Below are positions 26,904 through 41,539 of a DNA stretch of 64,000 nt, in pieces. Every line of letters starts with the position of its first letter. The stretch's first letter is position 1. The position numbers and the translations under genes were made by a program. Under the pieces are notes generated by a model. It was not told the origin of the DNA, made no database searches, and saw only the letters and a list, made by a program, of their open reading frames with translations. Source of the DNA: Octopus vulgaris (taxonomy: Eukaryota); the NCBI GenBank assembly GCA_951406725.2, contig OX597815.1:140554001-140618000 (forward strand). Direction: 5' to 3'.

Positions 26904-29329
26904 CCATGATTTCCCAGGCATAGCTGTTATAAGATAATTAATAATGTGTCAATTGATATTTTAAGATTTTACCTTATAAAATACTGAAAGATATTTCAAT
27001 TTTTCGATGTAAGTGATGATATATTTCAACTTTTGCGCGTTTAATTTAAATCTATATTGTGATTGAATTATTTGATGTTAGCAAATCCATACCAAATTAA
27101 TGGCAGGGATCTTTACCATGTTGTTGGTTGCACCATGGCTCACCAAAAGTTACAAACAACAAGACCCCAAAACCATTAGTTACCAGGCTCAACTTAAGTA
27201 ACCTAATTTTTGCAATATTAGGAGTTCACAGGAATTCATGGAACGAAAAAACTTTCCAATGATTCCGGGATTGGGGGGACCCCCCCACCTCATTTTTCCG
27301 AACCAAAGTAAGGGGTTTGCAGCATATTAGGAGGTCAGGGTACTTGATTCCACGCAAAAAATAAATTTTTTCTCTTTCTTAGTGAAAATCATGCGGGTGT
27401 TAATATAGAAATTGACCATAATGTCGTTGTTATTTAGCCTCAGATAAACCCTGATACTGCAAACGTATCATGAAACACATCCCAGCCTTCAGCAAACCGT
27501 CTTTTTAGGAAATATCTAGTACATTACATACAATGGGAGTGATTTAGGTGGGGGATACTTTGGCTGCTCTTTATAGCGTGTCGAGCGACCAGGTTCGATT
27601 GCGTGATTAATTGTTTTTACACATATATGCAATATGTAAATATATCATCGGTAGAAATTAGAGAGTAAGTCAAAAGCTGAGAGTTTCGTGTATTGATAAT
27701 TATCAAACACGAATTTGTCCATTGACACTCTGTAACTTCTGAGGAAATAACTTCGAAAATACAAAATTCTGTTAAAAACGTTAAGAGTCAACCCTTTTCT
27801 ATGTGACACATTCTACCAGTATCAGAAGTCTGAAAGTGTTTAGTTAAAAAAATTAATTAAATAATCTGTACGTCAAAGTCGATCTCGGCGAAATTTTAAC
27901 TCAAAAGCCTAAAGACAGACGAAACACCGTCAAGCATTTCGCCCGGTGCGCTAATGTTTCAGTTAGCTCGTCGCATAGAAGATGAACATTCATTTTAGAA
28001 ATATATTCTTTATTCTTATTGCTAAACGCTTCTCTCTTACTACCTTACTTACTGACATAAAATTTCGTAACATTTTACATCAAAACTCTGTTTCTACTAA
28101 TTTTTGTTCAATGCGACTAGCGATTCTAAATTCCTCATGCATTTTTCTATAATTTAAGCCAAAGAAATGTATTTAAAAAAAATTAAAATTAAAAGGTTGA
28201 TGTTAATTGAAGATGAATATCTGCCCTATTCCCCACCCCCTCAAACTATTTATGCCAATGTGGAGCTGAGGAGTTGTCCGCTTTAAAACTATTAACAGTT
28301 TGAAATTTAGTTGAGAACTGAATTAGTGGTGAATCGTGGAAGCTGCCGCGATTGGTGGACTTCAATACCGTGGTTGAATGATTCCTATGATTTCCGTTTT
28401 ATAACTTTTAAAGTTGATTCAGGATTTTACTTCTAATCAATCCGTTTACAAGAAGAGAAACGTTTTAATTCTAAATTTATATTATATAAAGTCAAAACCA
28501 GATATGAGAACACACTGTGTCATCTTTCTTATTGATTTTAAATTGTAGAACTTCCGTCGACTTCTTTTATATTGTGAAACATCAAGACAACTAAGTTATT
28601 TGAAATATTCATAAACGGTCTAAACATTTAGAAATGCAATGTCATATAATTATTTTGTATCATATGAGATATCACAAAGAAATTATTAAATGGCAGCGAC
28701 ACACCATAATACACGTATGTCTGAGTGCATATAAACACCCATAAAACACTTGTTTATCTGTTATATTATTAGCTAATTCTGTTTTTATCTTTGTCTTTGA
28801 TCATTCTGGTTGATATATTGCAATCTGTTTGATATGATATCATATAATTCTGTTTGATATCTCATCCTGACCATTGTTGCAAGAGTTTAAATACATAGGG
28901 GTGAAAGAAACTGCGATTACCTTTATGGTAGTTTTGTTATTTGTATAGATTTATCATGAGGTTATAATCAGGTGTGATATCAACTTATGTTAAATATTTC
29001 AATTGTGACAGAAACCATTGAATGGAAAAAAAGTAAACTATTTAGAAAGTAATAGTTTTCTATACTTTCATGTACTTCCTTCAGAAAACTATTGAAAAAT
29101 ATTTACAAAAGTTTTCAATTATGCTTTAAAGAGACATTTACGAAGTAAAATATAGTGAAACGGGTATTCATGAACAACATATCTAGTCAATATATTATTA
29201 TTGTTTAGCCCCAGGACAACTCTGATTGAGCAAAGCTTGTGATCAGCAATCAGTCTAAGATAAGCGTGTTCATTGTTGTGAATAAACTGACATGAAATGT
29301 AATAGTGGTAGTTGTGTATAACTGAATTT

Positions 29330-29920
29330 TCCTTGTTTACTTGCCGAGTATTGATGGAGTTGTGCCTATGGGATTCGCAGGTGCTTCGGAATCAGTAGGA
29401 TCGATAGAGTTAATGTTCCATTTAAAGAGTTACAATTTGGCATCAAAAGGAAAGGAGAGATCTTTAAAAGGCCATCGTTTTTCAGAAGGTCTCAGCGTAT
29501 TGATTAGTGCAGATTCTAGATTCAAGGTTGAAGCATCATGTACGGATAGAAAATTTTTCGCTGATAGTGAGACTTAGTAGTTTGAGCGACAATAACGACT
29601 TAAGAAGAATTGATGTTCATGTATAAAGTGAAGGTGCAATGATGTTTACGTGATATGAATAGCAACTGCATAATTTTTGCTGTTGAAACAAACAATTTGA
29701 CGTGTCCTATTGGAGGATGTTTTCAAGATTTTTCTGCATGCAAGCAACGTAAATTTGGCACATATTTTTTACTTCGTATGTAGTTGATGCATATTTAGGG
29801 AAGTTTAAAATGTAATAAAAGGCAATATTTCCAGCGTAAAAGTGTGCCTTACTGGGCGTAGCAGTGAATAGGATACTGATATATACAAAAAGAGTGGATA
29901 AAAGAAAGAGCTTAGTCAAA
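29330..29920 (-). mobile_element. Highly decayed L2/Jockey-group LINE RT remnant
   Basis: LLSTLFVYISILFTATPSKAHFYAGN…QKNLENILQ resembles the (LSPTLFLLFINDL…HSYADD…DL..I..W) RT block. Confidence 0.5.
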
Positions 29921-31304
29921 AATTTACTTGATAGCCTAAATATATATAATACGACAATTTATTAGTCCTTCGGGTGGCTTGTATGATTTAATCACAATCA
30001 TTGTGAGTGTTAGTAAACAGATAATGAGTTTGAATTTGTCTATTTAGATTTATATCACTACATTTATTAATGTATGTTCATTTTTTGGTACTATAAGTTA
30101 TGGTTTGCTACACTTCAGCATGATAAAGCAACTGTGTAAAGAATCGAAGAACGTGCGATATGAGCCGTAATACTTTGATTGTCTGGAAACAACATATCGA
30201 CGTTTCACATTATCGAAGTAAAATATTGACATTACACGGGAGTTGCACTACTCCATAACAACATGAGATGCTACTGACATATATAGAATTCTTCTTCACA
30301 GACAAAATACAGTTGGTGATAGTGATACATGAAAACACCAAAATTACTAGAACTATCAAATAAGTTTTGGACAATGGACAAATGTTTGCAAAGAAATGCT
30401 ATAGAATTCAATTGGCTTTCACATTACAATAAAGTCATTATTTATTGCAGAAGAAATTTACCAGAAATTTACCAATAATATATTACATGTTCTAAGAAAA
30501 TTATTTTAATTGTTGATTGAATATACGCAAGAGAACAGTAATAGACGTTATAGTTCAATTGATTATAGATAGTAAACTTTCGAAAGAAAATTAAACATAT
30601 TGTATTTCCTACATTCTCTAAACAATTTCGAAAATGTATCTTTCTATAGATGATGCATTTTAAAAACCTTCTCTTGTTCATTCTGTATCTACGTAGGATG
30701 CAAAATTGACGTCAAATACCCAGCGGCATGAAACTCTAAATACAGAGTGAAATATATCTTTCTATAGTTTCAAATGATTATTTCCATTTCATGAGATACA
30801 TCCGTAAATGTTTCCACTCTGCTTAGTAGCAAGTAATCTAAGTAATGCGATATTCTCACTCCATTAATTTACTATGTTTAACAATAGCCAGGCAGAATGT
30901 TACTTGACGTTTTCTAAGTAGCATTGCTAACAATTGTTTATTATATACCAATAACAGCGGCAGTAATAATCTAATGTTAGATGCAGATTTGAAACTTTAT
31001 GATATTAAGTGTTACATGTATACATATATGCATACTTACATGCATGACCTTCATCTCATAAGCAAACAAAGGCGTATAAAATGTACATGCATATATATAT
31101 ATATATATATATATTTAAGAAGGTGAATGAATTATTCTAGGATGGATAATTCGGTTAACCGATACCTGGGTAGCAAATTCACGTCAGAAAACACGGTTGA
31201 AGCTATATGCCAAGGGCAGGGATCCCGTGTTCTCGTGTGTAAATTTGTGTGTTTTTTTTAACTATGAATAAATGAAAGAATGGAGTCGAACAACGATTTT
31301 AACA

Positions 31305-31409
31305 AAATTCCTTTACTCTCGACACATGTTTCGAAGGCTGCATATTCCTAATTCCGAAGGAATAAAGGGTGCATTATGCCGCCATCTCATCAGGAAAGAC
31401 AAGGAATTT
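31305..31409 (-). ncRNA. Type I hammerhead ribozyme with intact core and long helix II
   Basis: Minus strand: aaattcctt-gt-CTTTC-CTGATGA-GAtGGCgGCAT…ATTCCT tcggaatt AGGAAT ATGCaGCCtTC-GAAA-C atgt G-TC-GAGAG-ta-aaggaattt. GUC site, predicted cut between 31321 and 31320. Confidence 0.82.
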
Positions 31410-32376
31410 ATGTCAGCACCATGAAGAGCAAAAACTTTTAGATGACTGCCCATATGATGTCCACAGTAATAATGAGTGTTTCTTTAAAATACCCCGTTAT
31501 AAGCAATGACGTCAAAGTTGGTTGGATGGAGAATGTTCTAAAGAGTTCAAGAGTTCAAATTTGGTTGGGAGGAGAAAGCTATAGGAAGGGGATAGAGTTG
31601 AAGCTGTATTGTATGGGTATGCGTGGGTGTATTCTATTGTTAATGAGTTAATGAGTGCTTGGGTGTGTGTATGTATATAACTGGATTCGTGCCTCTGTGT
31701 GTGTGTGTGCGTGACTGTGTGTGTAGGGTGACAAATGTCAGAAACATTTAGTAGTGAGGTGACAGATTTGTGTCTGTGTGTTCGATTGTGGGTATGATAG
31801 AGAGAGACAGAGAGAGACAGAGAGAGAAAGAGAGAGAGGCGGGGAGATGCAGAGAAATACAGTACATGTTACTCATCAGCACTTACTTTTTACGGTGAAC
31901 ATCCCAATGCAGTGTTTGGGCAACCGTGACCATTGCAGTGATATATTTGTGACCGTTTCATTTGTTTTATCTGGCCTGAAGTGTTAATTATAAGTTAAAC
32001 TAATACAGCAGCTATAGTATTTCATTATGATAATGCAGAAGTTAAGTTTTATTTTGTGGTAGTTTACTTGACTTAGTTTACTTAAACGTAAAGTTATTTA
32101 TCATAGTGATTTGATGTACTCACAGGTAATCTTTCGTTAGGATGTTTTCAGTTTGTTTAAGATGATGTTGATATCTATGCTGTACCATTAAAATCGGCAT
32201 GAGTGATGGAGCTATACCTGTTTACTATGTGGAATATTTAAAGTTTCCTTGGTTATTTAAGGTGGCATTTTCTGTTTGTTTCTGTTTGACCCTTCATAAT
32301 GATGTTAGTATCATTCTTCCTTCCATCACAGTTCACATCAAACATGTTGGTTCAAACGAGGTATGACTATACATAC

Positions 32377-32446
<70 letters not shown>

Positions 32447-32759
32447 AATACGAGATAAATATCTGTAATGTATGATGTTCAATTGTTTTTAGGTTATTCA
32501 GAGGTTACGAGGTGTAGTTATATCAAGATGAAACTACGAGTGAAATAAAGGTTTGCCGCTTTGGAAAACTTTTCAAACAGATCTTTTCAACCAAATGTCC
32601 CTTACAGTGCTCTGGTCAGTCGATCGAAGACTACGGTAGAAACCAGTGCATCAGAACTGACCTCGAAGTCATGTATTTGTCAAAAGAACATTTTAATCTC
32701 TACAAAGAATTTTTATCCACCAACAGCCATCTTCTTCCAACAGTTATAAGCAATACTTA

Positions 32760-33183
32760 ATATTGGTTTCAAATTTTGGTAGAATTTGGGGATGGAGCAG
32801 TCGATTACTTCGATTACAACAAACCCGGTGCTCAACAGGTATTTATTTTATCGCCCCGCAAGGATGAAAGGCAAAGTCGATCTCTAAGGAGTTAGAACGT
32901 AAAGGTGGACGAAATGCTCGACGCGCTAACGAATATGCCAGCTCACCACCTTACAAGCTGTACCTAATATTGATTTCAAATTGTGGCTCTAGACTAACAA
33001 ACACAGGAGAGGGGTAAGTCAATTACATCGACCCCAGTGCTCAAGTGGTACTTATTTATTGGACCCCGGAAGGATAAAAAGGAAAGTCGAACACGACAGA
33101 ATTTGAACCCAAAGCGAAAGACTGAAGAAATGCTGTTAAGCATTCTGCCCAATATGCTAACGATTGTACAAACTCACCGCCTT
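32760..33183 (-). mobile_element. Two tandem SINE family B copies (~32760-32952, ~32968-33183)
   Basis: Reverse matches: cccc…aaggatgaaaggcaaagtcga…gctaacga…gccagctcaccacctt, repeated twice. Confidence 0.8.
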
Positions 33184-35459
33184 GTAAGCAATACCTACTT
33201 TGAATCGAAAACTGTATGGTATTTCTTTGCTTTCTGGGTTATGCTGTTGCAAGAGGAAATAGAGTTGGGTATTTTCCTATATTTATCTCGGACAAAAAGT
33301 ATCTATTGATGATATTGTTCCACGTTGTAGTATTGACTGTACATCCTGTTCACTCCCCTCTCTTCCAAATCCACTTCACTAATAGTATCCGATAGGCGTT
33401 TATTTCCGCCAATAAATAATACATAGATAAATATATAAATAAATATATATATAAGAATGCTTTGATACAGATCTTTACCGATGCACTGTTTTCTTTTCCG
33501 AATTTCTTGTTTAGTGTCTGATTTGTTTACAAATATTTTTAATCGTTGACTTTAAACACTATGTCTTCAACTTATGCTAAACTATTTCCTTTATTCCCTG
33601 TTACCAAGTCTAATAGCGTTATTTTCTTCCAAATGTTTAAGATGTCCTTGCAGATAAATTCTGTTACATTATTTGTTTGAGTCTATTCTTTTCTTTCTCT
33701 TCTTCTTTGTTCAATATGGACGTCCTCAACTGAAAGTTTCACAAGTTGTGCAAGAGGTTGTGTTTTGTATATTTTGTTCCAAGAGCAATAATTGTGCGCC
33801 ATTTGGATAGATGTTGCTGAAACGTTGCATTTAAAAAATGTAGTGGGTTTCATAGGAATATAATTATATGAAGCAAGTTAATAAATAATATGAATTGAGA
33901 GGCTACTAAAGAGAAAGATGAGAGACGACAAGAAATATGAGTTGATGTGGTACAGCAGGAGCAATTGTAATAATATTGAGAATACTCATGTCAGTTTGTA
34001 ATAATACGTGAAGGGTTGCCACTCAGTTGGGTGTCTAGAATGTATAGTAGCTGCTGCAACCTAGGTTACTCACTGATAGTATGATAGTTGTACATGTATA
34101 GCTCACAAGCTGTTTAGAGATCAGTAACTTCTGGTCCTCAAACTTTGCTTTGGATATGCGATTGCAACACTATCATATATGGTCGCCATGAGTTATCACA
34201 GTAACAGATTTGTTACAACATTTCACAGAGAAAGTGTTCATTCGTCGAAAGAGTGGAGTGTATATTCCGTCACAGAAATTTTATGCTGCTGAAGAAAACC
34301 AGGTTATTTTGTACTTATTGTTATTTTCCTGGTGTTTTTATGATGTCCGATTGACGACCTTGTGAAAAGGCAATGTAACTGTTAACTAAAGTAAAGAGCT
34401 GCATCAACGTCATTTATGTAGTGGAGAAAAGAAACGAGATCTGGAGGACAGTAGAATTCATAATATTTAGATTAGAGGTGCTTCATCTGTGTATCTTCTG
34501 CAAGTATTGTCTGGCAGAAAATTATGCAAGAGGTGAGAGACATATATATCCCATATGCGAGCAACTAACATAAATGTTCTTCAACTGAGGAACGACCAAG
34601 AGGCAAAACTTTACTGGTGTTTAAATTAGAAGTGCTGGTCTCCTGTAGATTTGTTTCTCCAGAGGCCGCACCGATGATTATTTCAAAAACAAATGGGACA
34701 CATTTTATGATATTTTTGTTGTTTGTGCCTGATAATTCCAGTTTACGGATATAGCTGTGCAAATGAAGACAGTCATCTAAATGTGTCCAGTTAGTGTATA
34801 TGACATCACATAGGAAACCCTACGATTCAAGTGTGTGCTACATCAGCAGAAACACACTTTAGTACTGTAACATCTCAGTTCATGATTTCATAAATTTTGT
34901 CGATGTTGTAGTAGTCTAGAATACTGATGAAAATCGTAAATACAGTGATGACGATGATAATAATATCAAAGCTATAATCTTAATCAGATATGAATCGACC
35001 TCGGAAGTGGAAAAGAAAATATATTGGTCAGTAAGTCGAAATCCAACAGTTGATCTAATACAATAGTAGGAGAACATTATATTGAGTTTTTTAAGAAGCA
35101 ACAACAGAAAATAATAATTAGAAAAATCAAATTTCTATAAGTGTAGGTTGAATAAGAAGGAAAAAAGCTTTAGCTATTATTGTGGCTATATAGTTATGAC
35201 TAGTTGAGATTAAATGCTTATCAAAGTGAAATATATCGTCTATGTAGCAGAAATCAATAATAATAGCGTATTAATTATAACATCGACTGACTGAATTCCT
35301 GTAAATCTTGCTATAATAGAAAGTGAACCGAAAGATTGAAATCCATAGTGAACGATAGCGCAATCTATATTTCGTATCAAACATGAAAGCTATTGAACAA
35401 GCGAAGTAATTTCAGTAGCTATGAAATGTATAAAGATTTCTTGAAAGACATAAATGAAA

Positions 35460-35620
35460 GAGAAGAAAAGGAAGGAACAACGGATATATAAAGAAGAAAA
35501 CTAAAAAGAAAAGAGAAGATAATATGAAGAAGAGGATAAGTAGAAGAAAATGACGACGAAGACGACGACGATTATGAAGAAGAAGAAGAAGGAGGAGGAG
35601 GAGGAGAAGGAGAAGAAGAA

Positions 35621-35678
<58 letters not shown>

Positions 35679-35765
35679 CAGAAGAAGAAGAAGAAGAAGA
35701 AGAAAAATGAGGAAGAGACAGAGGAGGACAAGAATAAGAAGTCGCGAGAAGAAAAGAAAATATTG
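35460..35765. repeat. (GAA)n/(GGA)n/(AAT)n low-complexity tract
   Basis: Directly visible. Confidence 0.95.
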
Positions 35766-36376
35766 ACAGAATTACAGGATATGCAGATCTGAGATGAAAT
35801 ACAAATAAAATCTATGATATGTAATATCTTATTGCAACATATTTGGAAATTGTTAAAAGATCATTAGTCTCAAGAGTACGGAGATTGTTTTTATCTCCAG
35901 AACCAGAAACTATTACATTATGAAAAATTCTTGATAAATAACAGAATTAGGAGTTTGAATATTCCATTTGTCATTTGGAACTGTCTTGGAGATGGTTCCA
36001 ATAATATTTCCTTCGTTTTGAGTTCGATCAATGTTATTTCTGTTGGGAAAGGAAAATACGTTTGAATTGATTTCGATTCGTAATATATATCACATCATTT
36101 CACATTGCTCTTAGCAAGGTATATCAAGAAGAAATTAATAAGATAAAAGTTTACTCATATCATTGCGAGTAAAGCAGGATATAAGTAAAGGAATTATGAA
36201 CGTTTTTAATGTGGTGTTATAAACTTACTTCCCTGAATTAATTTTTATGAAAGGGATATAAAAATGTTTTTAAATCATATTTATTTGATATACATATTAA
36301 TGGGAAGTTGCTTATACTCACAAAGAAATGTATGCACTTAGATTTATCTTAAACTTTTACATGCATACATACATAT

Positions 36377-36542
36377 AGGCACTGGAGTGGCTCTGTGATA
36401 AGTTGTTTGCTTATCAACCACATGGTTCTGGGTTCATTCCTACTGCGTGGTACCTTGGGAAAGTGTCTTCTACTACACCCTCGAGTCGACCAAAGCCTTG
36501 TGAGTGGATTTGGTAGACGGAATCTGAAAGAAGCCCGTCGTA

Positions 36543-36613
<71 letters not shown>

Positions 36614-36825
36614 ATGTATGTATGTGTGTGTATATGTTTGTGTGTCTGTGTTTGTCCCGTCAATATTGTTTGACAACCGCTGATGGTGTGTTTACGTCCC
36701 CGTAACTTAATGGTTCAGCAAAAGAGACTGATAGAATAAGTCCTGGGGTCGATTTGCTCGACTAAAGGCGGTGCTCCAGCATGGCCGCAGTCAAATGACT
36801 GAAACGACTAAGAGAGTAAGAGAAA
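36377..36825 (+). mobile_element. SINE family A, near full length, with internal (TA)n
   Basis: Head ggcactggagtggctctgtgataag…, body ggaatctgaaagaagcccgtcg and tail ggcggtgctccagcatggccgcagtcaaatgactgaaac. Confidence 0.9.
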
Positions 36826-37854
36826 GAGATGCGTTCATATATATATATATATATAAAGATATATGTGTATGTGTGTGGGCTCGTGTGTATGGTTTGTATG
36901 TGTGTGTATGTTTGATTCTTTATATTGACAAATATTAAATCCAACATAGTTTAAATTCAATAACACATGTACATAATCGGAATATTGATTGAACTGTTAG
37001 TGTAGAAGATAAGTTTTGTTTACAAGAACATAATAGTTACATACGTTTTGAATATTTCCGTAGAAACAGGCGGAAACACACCGACTCTTAGAATCAACAA
37101 TGCGTTAATGTATAAACGACTGATGCAAGATGTGACGAAATGCGAACATGACTTCAATGGGATTTCGAATCAGGATGAAAGCAATAACCTTCCTGAAGTT
37201 CCAAATGCGTTATATTCAAAGTTTTACATCCTCTGCCCTTCACCTCTATTAGGTATATAAACATGTTGGTTGTGCAGCGGCTAAAGTTATAATAAAATTA
37301 TATGAGGGCTCTCTTTATGTCTGAATACAAGTATATCTTTACAGTTCAAAGTTCAAAATACAGAAATGCAGTAATTTAATAACGCGCATGTAAATAGCTA
37401 CAAACAGAATTATATGGTTAGGAAACCATAAATATACCAAGGAAATATAAGCAACATAAATGTGATGCGCAACATCAGATCTAGTAGCTTTAAGTGGATA
37501 GGAATTGAGTGTAGAAATATATCACAGATAAATTTTATAAAATTTCGTACATCCCTCCACAGAAAATATTCATGTAGATTTAAGTGACTATACGCAGAAC
37601 AAAACGAAATTGTCAAACGATGTTATAAACTTAATATAAATCTTGTAGCCAATATTTACACACACACACACGCGCGCGCGCGCGCGCGCACACACACACA
37701 CACACATACACACTCACACACTCACACACGCACTCACACACACATATATGTATAGTTGAGATTTACAGAATAACAAATGACGAAGACAGGCGTATGAACA
37801 ACAAGCAGGTACATTAGTTTATACACACACGCACACACGCACACACATATATAT

Positions 37855-38075
37855 TTTTATTGCCCACAAGGGGCTAGATATAGAGGGGACGAACAAGGAC
37901 AGGCAAAGGGATTAAGTCGATTAGATCGATCCCAGTGCATAACTGGTACTTCATTCATCGACCCCGAAAGGATGAAAGGCAAAGCCGACCTCGGCATAAG
38001 TTGAACTCAGAACGTAACGGCAGACGAAATACCGGTAAGAATTTCGCCCGGTGCGCTAATGTTTTTGCCAGGCTA
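37855..38075 (-). mobile_element. SINE family B (tail variant like 2657-2858)
   Basis: ttattgcccacaaggggcta…cgaccccgaaaggatgaaaggcaaagccgacctcggc is the reverse complement of the 2657 copy. Confidence 0.88.
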
Positions 38076-39460
38076 CCTATATATATATATATATATATAT
38101 ATCGACCTATTGCCCGTATGTATATACATACATTATGTATGTACATACAGTATGTATGTAGGGTTTACACAAATAGCCTAGCTTTTCTTAATCAAGATTT
38201 TAGCGAATCTTGAGTATGCCCTTGGAGAAAGAAAGCGTGGGTAAGTGTCAAACATATTTTAATTGATAAAATTAAACTCTATGTGAGAAGAAAGCAAACA
38301 AAAAAGACTAAGAGAATCTTGTGAAAATAAGACTTATGATTAAATTAGCTATTACTTTTGCTGTTATCGTTGACGAACTTAATCAACACTGGTATGTAAT
38401 TGAAAGCACAACCATTGTCTCCAATATAAACCGTTCGGGAATTATAATCCAACAAGACACTTTGACACTGATGGTATTTGGTATATATACACCGGTGAAA
38501 AAAGCACCTTTCAAATGGAAATTATATATGCTAACAATTTTTCTATCACTCCCCTATTTACAATACATGCTATCTGTACCTAGGTGTTGACGAAAATGTA
38601 TTATATAAAATTACTACGAATAGACAGAATGATAAACATAAAGTGTGTAGTAAACTAATTTATACATTATACTGCTAAGTAAGAAAAATATGGCTGCCAG
38701 ATATTTTTCTCAGAAAAATATATCTCATAATACACAGTGATATCCATTGATGTATGAAGTTGTGCTAATTTGCTTCATGAACATTTAATGTAAACGTAAG
38801 TGGTTAGGATTGCCACAGACCTCTGCATGCACGACTTTATAAAAGAAAAGTAGTTTGTTAGAATTATTTATTTTATCAATAGTCGAGCATGTGGTAAGGT
38901 GCGGGTTGTACTCATGCCAGGCCAATTGCGGTCAATTATGTCATACATTTTCTCTACTCAAGAATTTTAGGCTGCAAAAATGTGCATGACATCTCTTACG
39001 ACATATATATATAAACCCCACCATTTATTGATCTATATATATATATATATATGTATATACACATACATACATATATACATATACACACACATACTCATAT
39101 ATATCATTAAGATTCAGTTGACTTAAGTACTTAAATTGAGGCACCTTGCTAATTCGGTATAGTCCAAACACTTCAACAATATTACTTGAATATTGAATAT
39201 CAAAGATTCCGTGTAGAGGTGTTTGTATCTAATATTCCTGCCGTGTGTGCAGACAACGCAACGCAGCTAAGTGAATATATGCGCACTTGGTAATTCAGAT
39301 ATGTACTTTTTATATATGTTTTATATAAAGGTACTTTATATAAAAGTTTCTGCTTCGGTGGCCCAGTACGCATGGGTGTCGAGAAGTAGTAATACTAAAC
39401 ATACATGGTGGTTTCAAATCTCTTCCAGAAATTACAAGAGAGCTAGTTAAAATTTTTTAT

Positions 39461-39843
39461 AGGCGTAGGAGTGGTTGTGTGGTAAATAGCTTGCTTACCA
39501 ACCACATGGTTCCGAGTTCAGTCCAACTGCGTAGCACTTTGGGCAAGTGCCTTCTACTTGAACCTCGGGCCGACCAAAGCCTTGTAAGTAGGTTTGGTAG
39601 ACGGAAACTGAAAGAAGTCCGTCGTATATATGTATATGTATGTGTCTTTCTGTTTGTTCCTCCAACATCGCTTGACAACCAATGCTGGTGTGTTTACGTA
39701 CCCGATAACAGACCGAAAACAGACCGATATAACAAGTACTAGGCTTACAAAGAATACGTTCTGGGGGCTATTTGCTCGACTAAGAGCGTTGCTCCAGCAT
39801 GGCCGCAGCCAAATGACTGAAACAAGTACAAGAGTAAAAGAGT
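39461..39843 (+). mobile_element. SINE family A, near full length
   Basis: aggcgtaggagtggttgtgtggtaaatagcttgcttaccaaccacatggttccgagttcagtcc…gctccagcatggccgcagccaaatgactgaaacaagtacaagagtaaaagagt. Confidence 0.92.
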
Positions 39844-39923
39844 ACTTTCCATAGTATTTCCGAAGTGCAAATTCCATGTAGGAGAACAGAATATAATGAC
39901 GTGATAAAGATGTACAAGTGTCA

Positions 39924-40015
39924 ATACATTATGGCCATTTCGAGAGGCTCCATTTAATTGATTAATGAGAACATTACATCAATTTCACATACATCGTTCT
40001 CTTCAGAGGCTGCGG
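39924..40015 (-). ncRNA. Hammerhead motif, long-helix-II family (degenerate helix I)
   Basis: Minus strand: ccgcagcct-CTGAAGA-GA…AAATTGATGTAATG ttct CATTAaTCAATTAAATGGAGcctcTC-GAAA-TGGCCA-TA-atgta. Confidence 0.65.
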
Positions 40016-41200
40016 AGACTGTAATATTTCTATTGTTTCCTATTGTCATATCTGTGGCAGAATAAGTTTAGAATGTAATGCATACCTTGTTAAGCCTACG
40101 ATAATATAGAGAGAAGCAGAGGAAATAGAGGGAGTCAAGATAGAAGTGGTTATGTAGATACACGTAGAAGACGTTATGTAGAATGTAGTCTTCCACTATT
40201 TAGAATTATATTCCTAGGGAGTTGTCAACTGTATTCTAGTTGTTGGGGATAAATCAATTAAAGTCAAACAATCTATTCGTCTCTCAATACACTGGAACCA
40301 TACATGTAGTTTTATCAACATAAAAGGGTATGTCGCAGAGTTGCTGGTAAGAGAATGACTGATGAGGAAGGGGTGGTCACTGGAAGAAAGAAGGCTTGGG
40401 GTGACTAATGCTTATTTAGATTGTCAAACAAGCGGGAATATACTGAAAAACCAAAAGAGATAAGTAACATAAGCTTTAGGGGTGGAAATTAGAATTGAAG
40501 GATAGCTTAGCAAATTTATTATATTAATTGAGAAAATTTTAATCAATATATAGAATGAGGATAGAAATTAAACTTAAAAACTATTAATAGGATATTATAT
40601 ATAAGAAGAACTAATAAGATTTTTCTAAAGCAAAATGTTAAACTGGTCATGAAAAACCATTTCATAATGAAAGTAAAACTGAATTAAGTTATCATGTGAG
40701 CAGAATTACATAGTATATAATAAAGCAATAACAAGAACCATTTACTTAATTACAGGGTGATAAGTATGTGATATCATAAAATATGGTATCGAATATTAGA
40801 GGTAATTGAATTAGAGGTATATTAAATGTATAAAGGAGTGCACTTGGAAGACATAGCTTAACCGATTTGGGTATATAAACATTTAATGAATATTCCATGA
40901 TTAAAAAATATAAGGATTCCTATATCCAGTAAATTATTTAAAAATAACTTATAAAAGATTTTTTATAAATTAGAATCACTAGGAAGGTAAATGAAAGGAT
41001 ATATAAATGTGTAAAAATGTCAAATATAGATACAAACATGTATAAAACATGTAATTATAAATGTAATTATAAGAATAAAACATATTGTATTATACAGTGA
41101 GTTTTATGAAAAATGATTATAAAATTTTATAAGCTATATAAGCTACACAAATGTATAAGAGGTATACAGATAGATAAAAATTTTATTATTATTATTATAC

Positions 41201-41238
<38 letters not shown>

Positions 41239-41447
41239 ATGTATATATATATATATCCAGGCCTATTCCCCATTATTTAGGAGGGGGTAGCCATAACAAG
41301 ACACACACCAGGTATTCCATTCATTTTCCAGCTCAAAGAGGCGAGCCCTGTTCTATGCTCGGGTCGAGGCGTAGTACGGTATTATCCATACAATTTCAAA
41401 ATAAGGTGATTAAAATCAAAATAAGCAACAAAGATATCCTGAGGTAA

Positions 41448-41539
41448 TGCAGTACGATCGTTTCATGCGACTCCATTTAATTGAACAATGCAATCATTTC
41501 ATTACATCAATTTAAAATGTAGAGCAATCTTCAGCTGCA
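41448..41539 (-). ncRNA. Hammerhead motif, long-helix-II family
   Basis: Minus strand: TGCAG-CTGAAGA-tTGC…AAATTGATGTAATG aaatgattg CATTGtTCAATTAAATGGAGtcGCAt-GAAA-CGATCG-TA-CTGCA. Perfect 5-bp helix I, palindromic ACGATCGT, GUA site; U-U at 10.1/11.1. Confidence 0.8.

Noticed and set aside
40355-40395. CTGATGAGGAAGGGG…GAAAG
   Set aside because: No complementary helix II or helix I.
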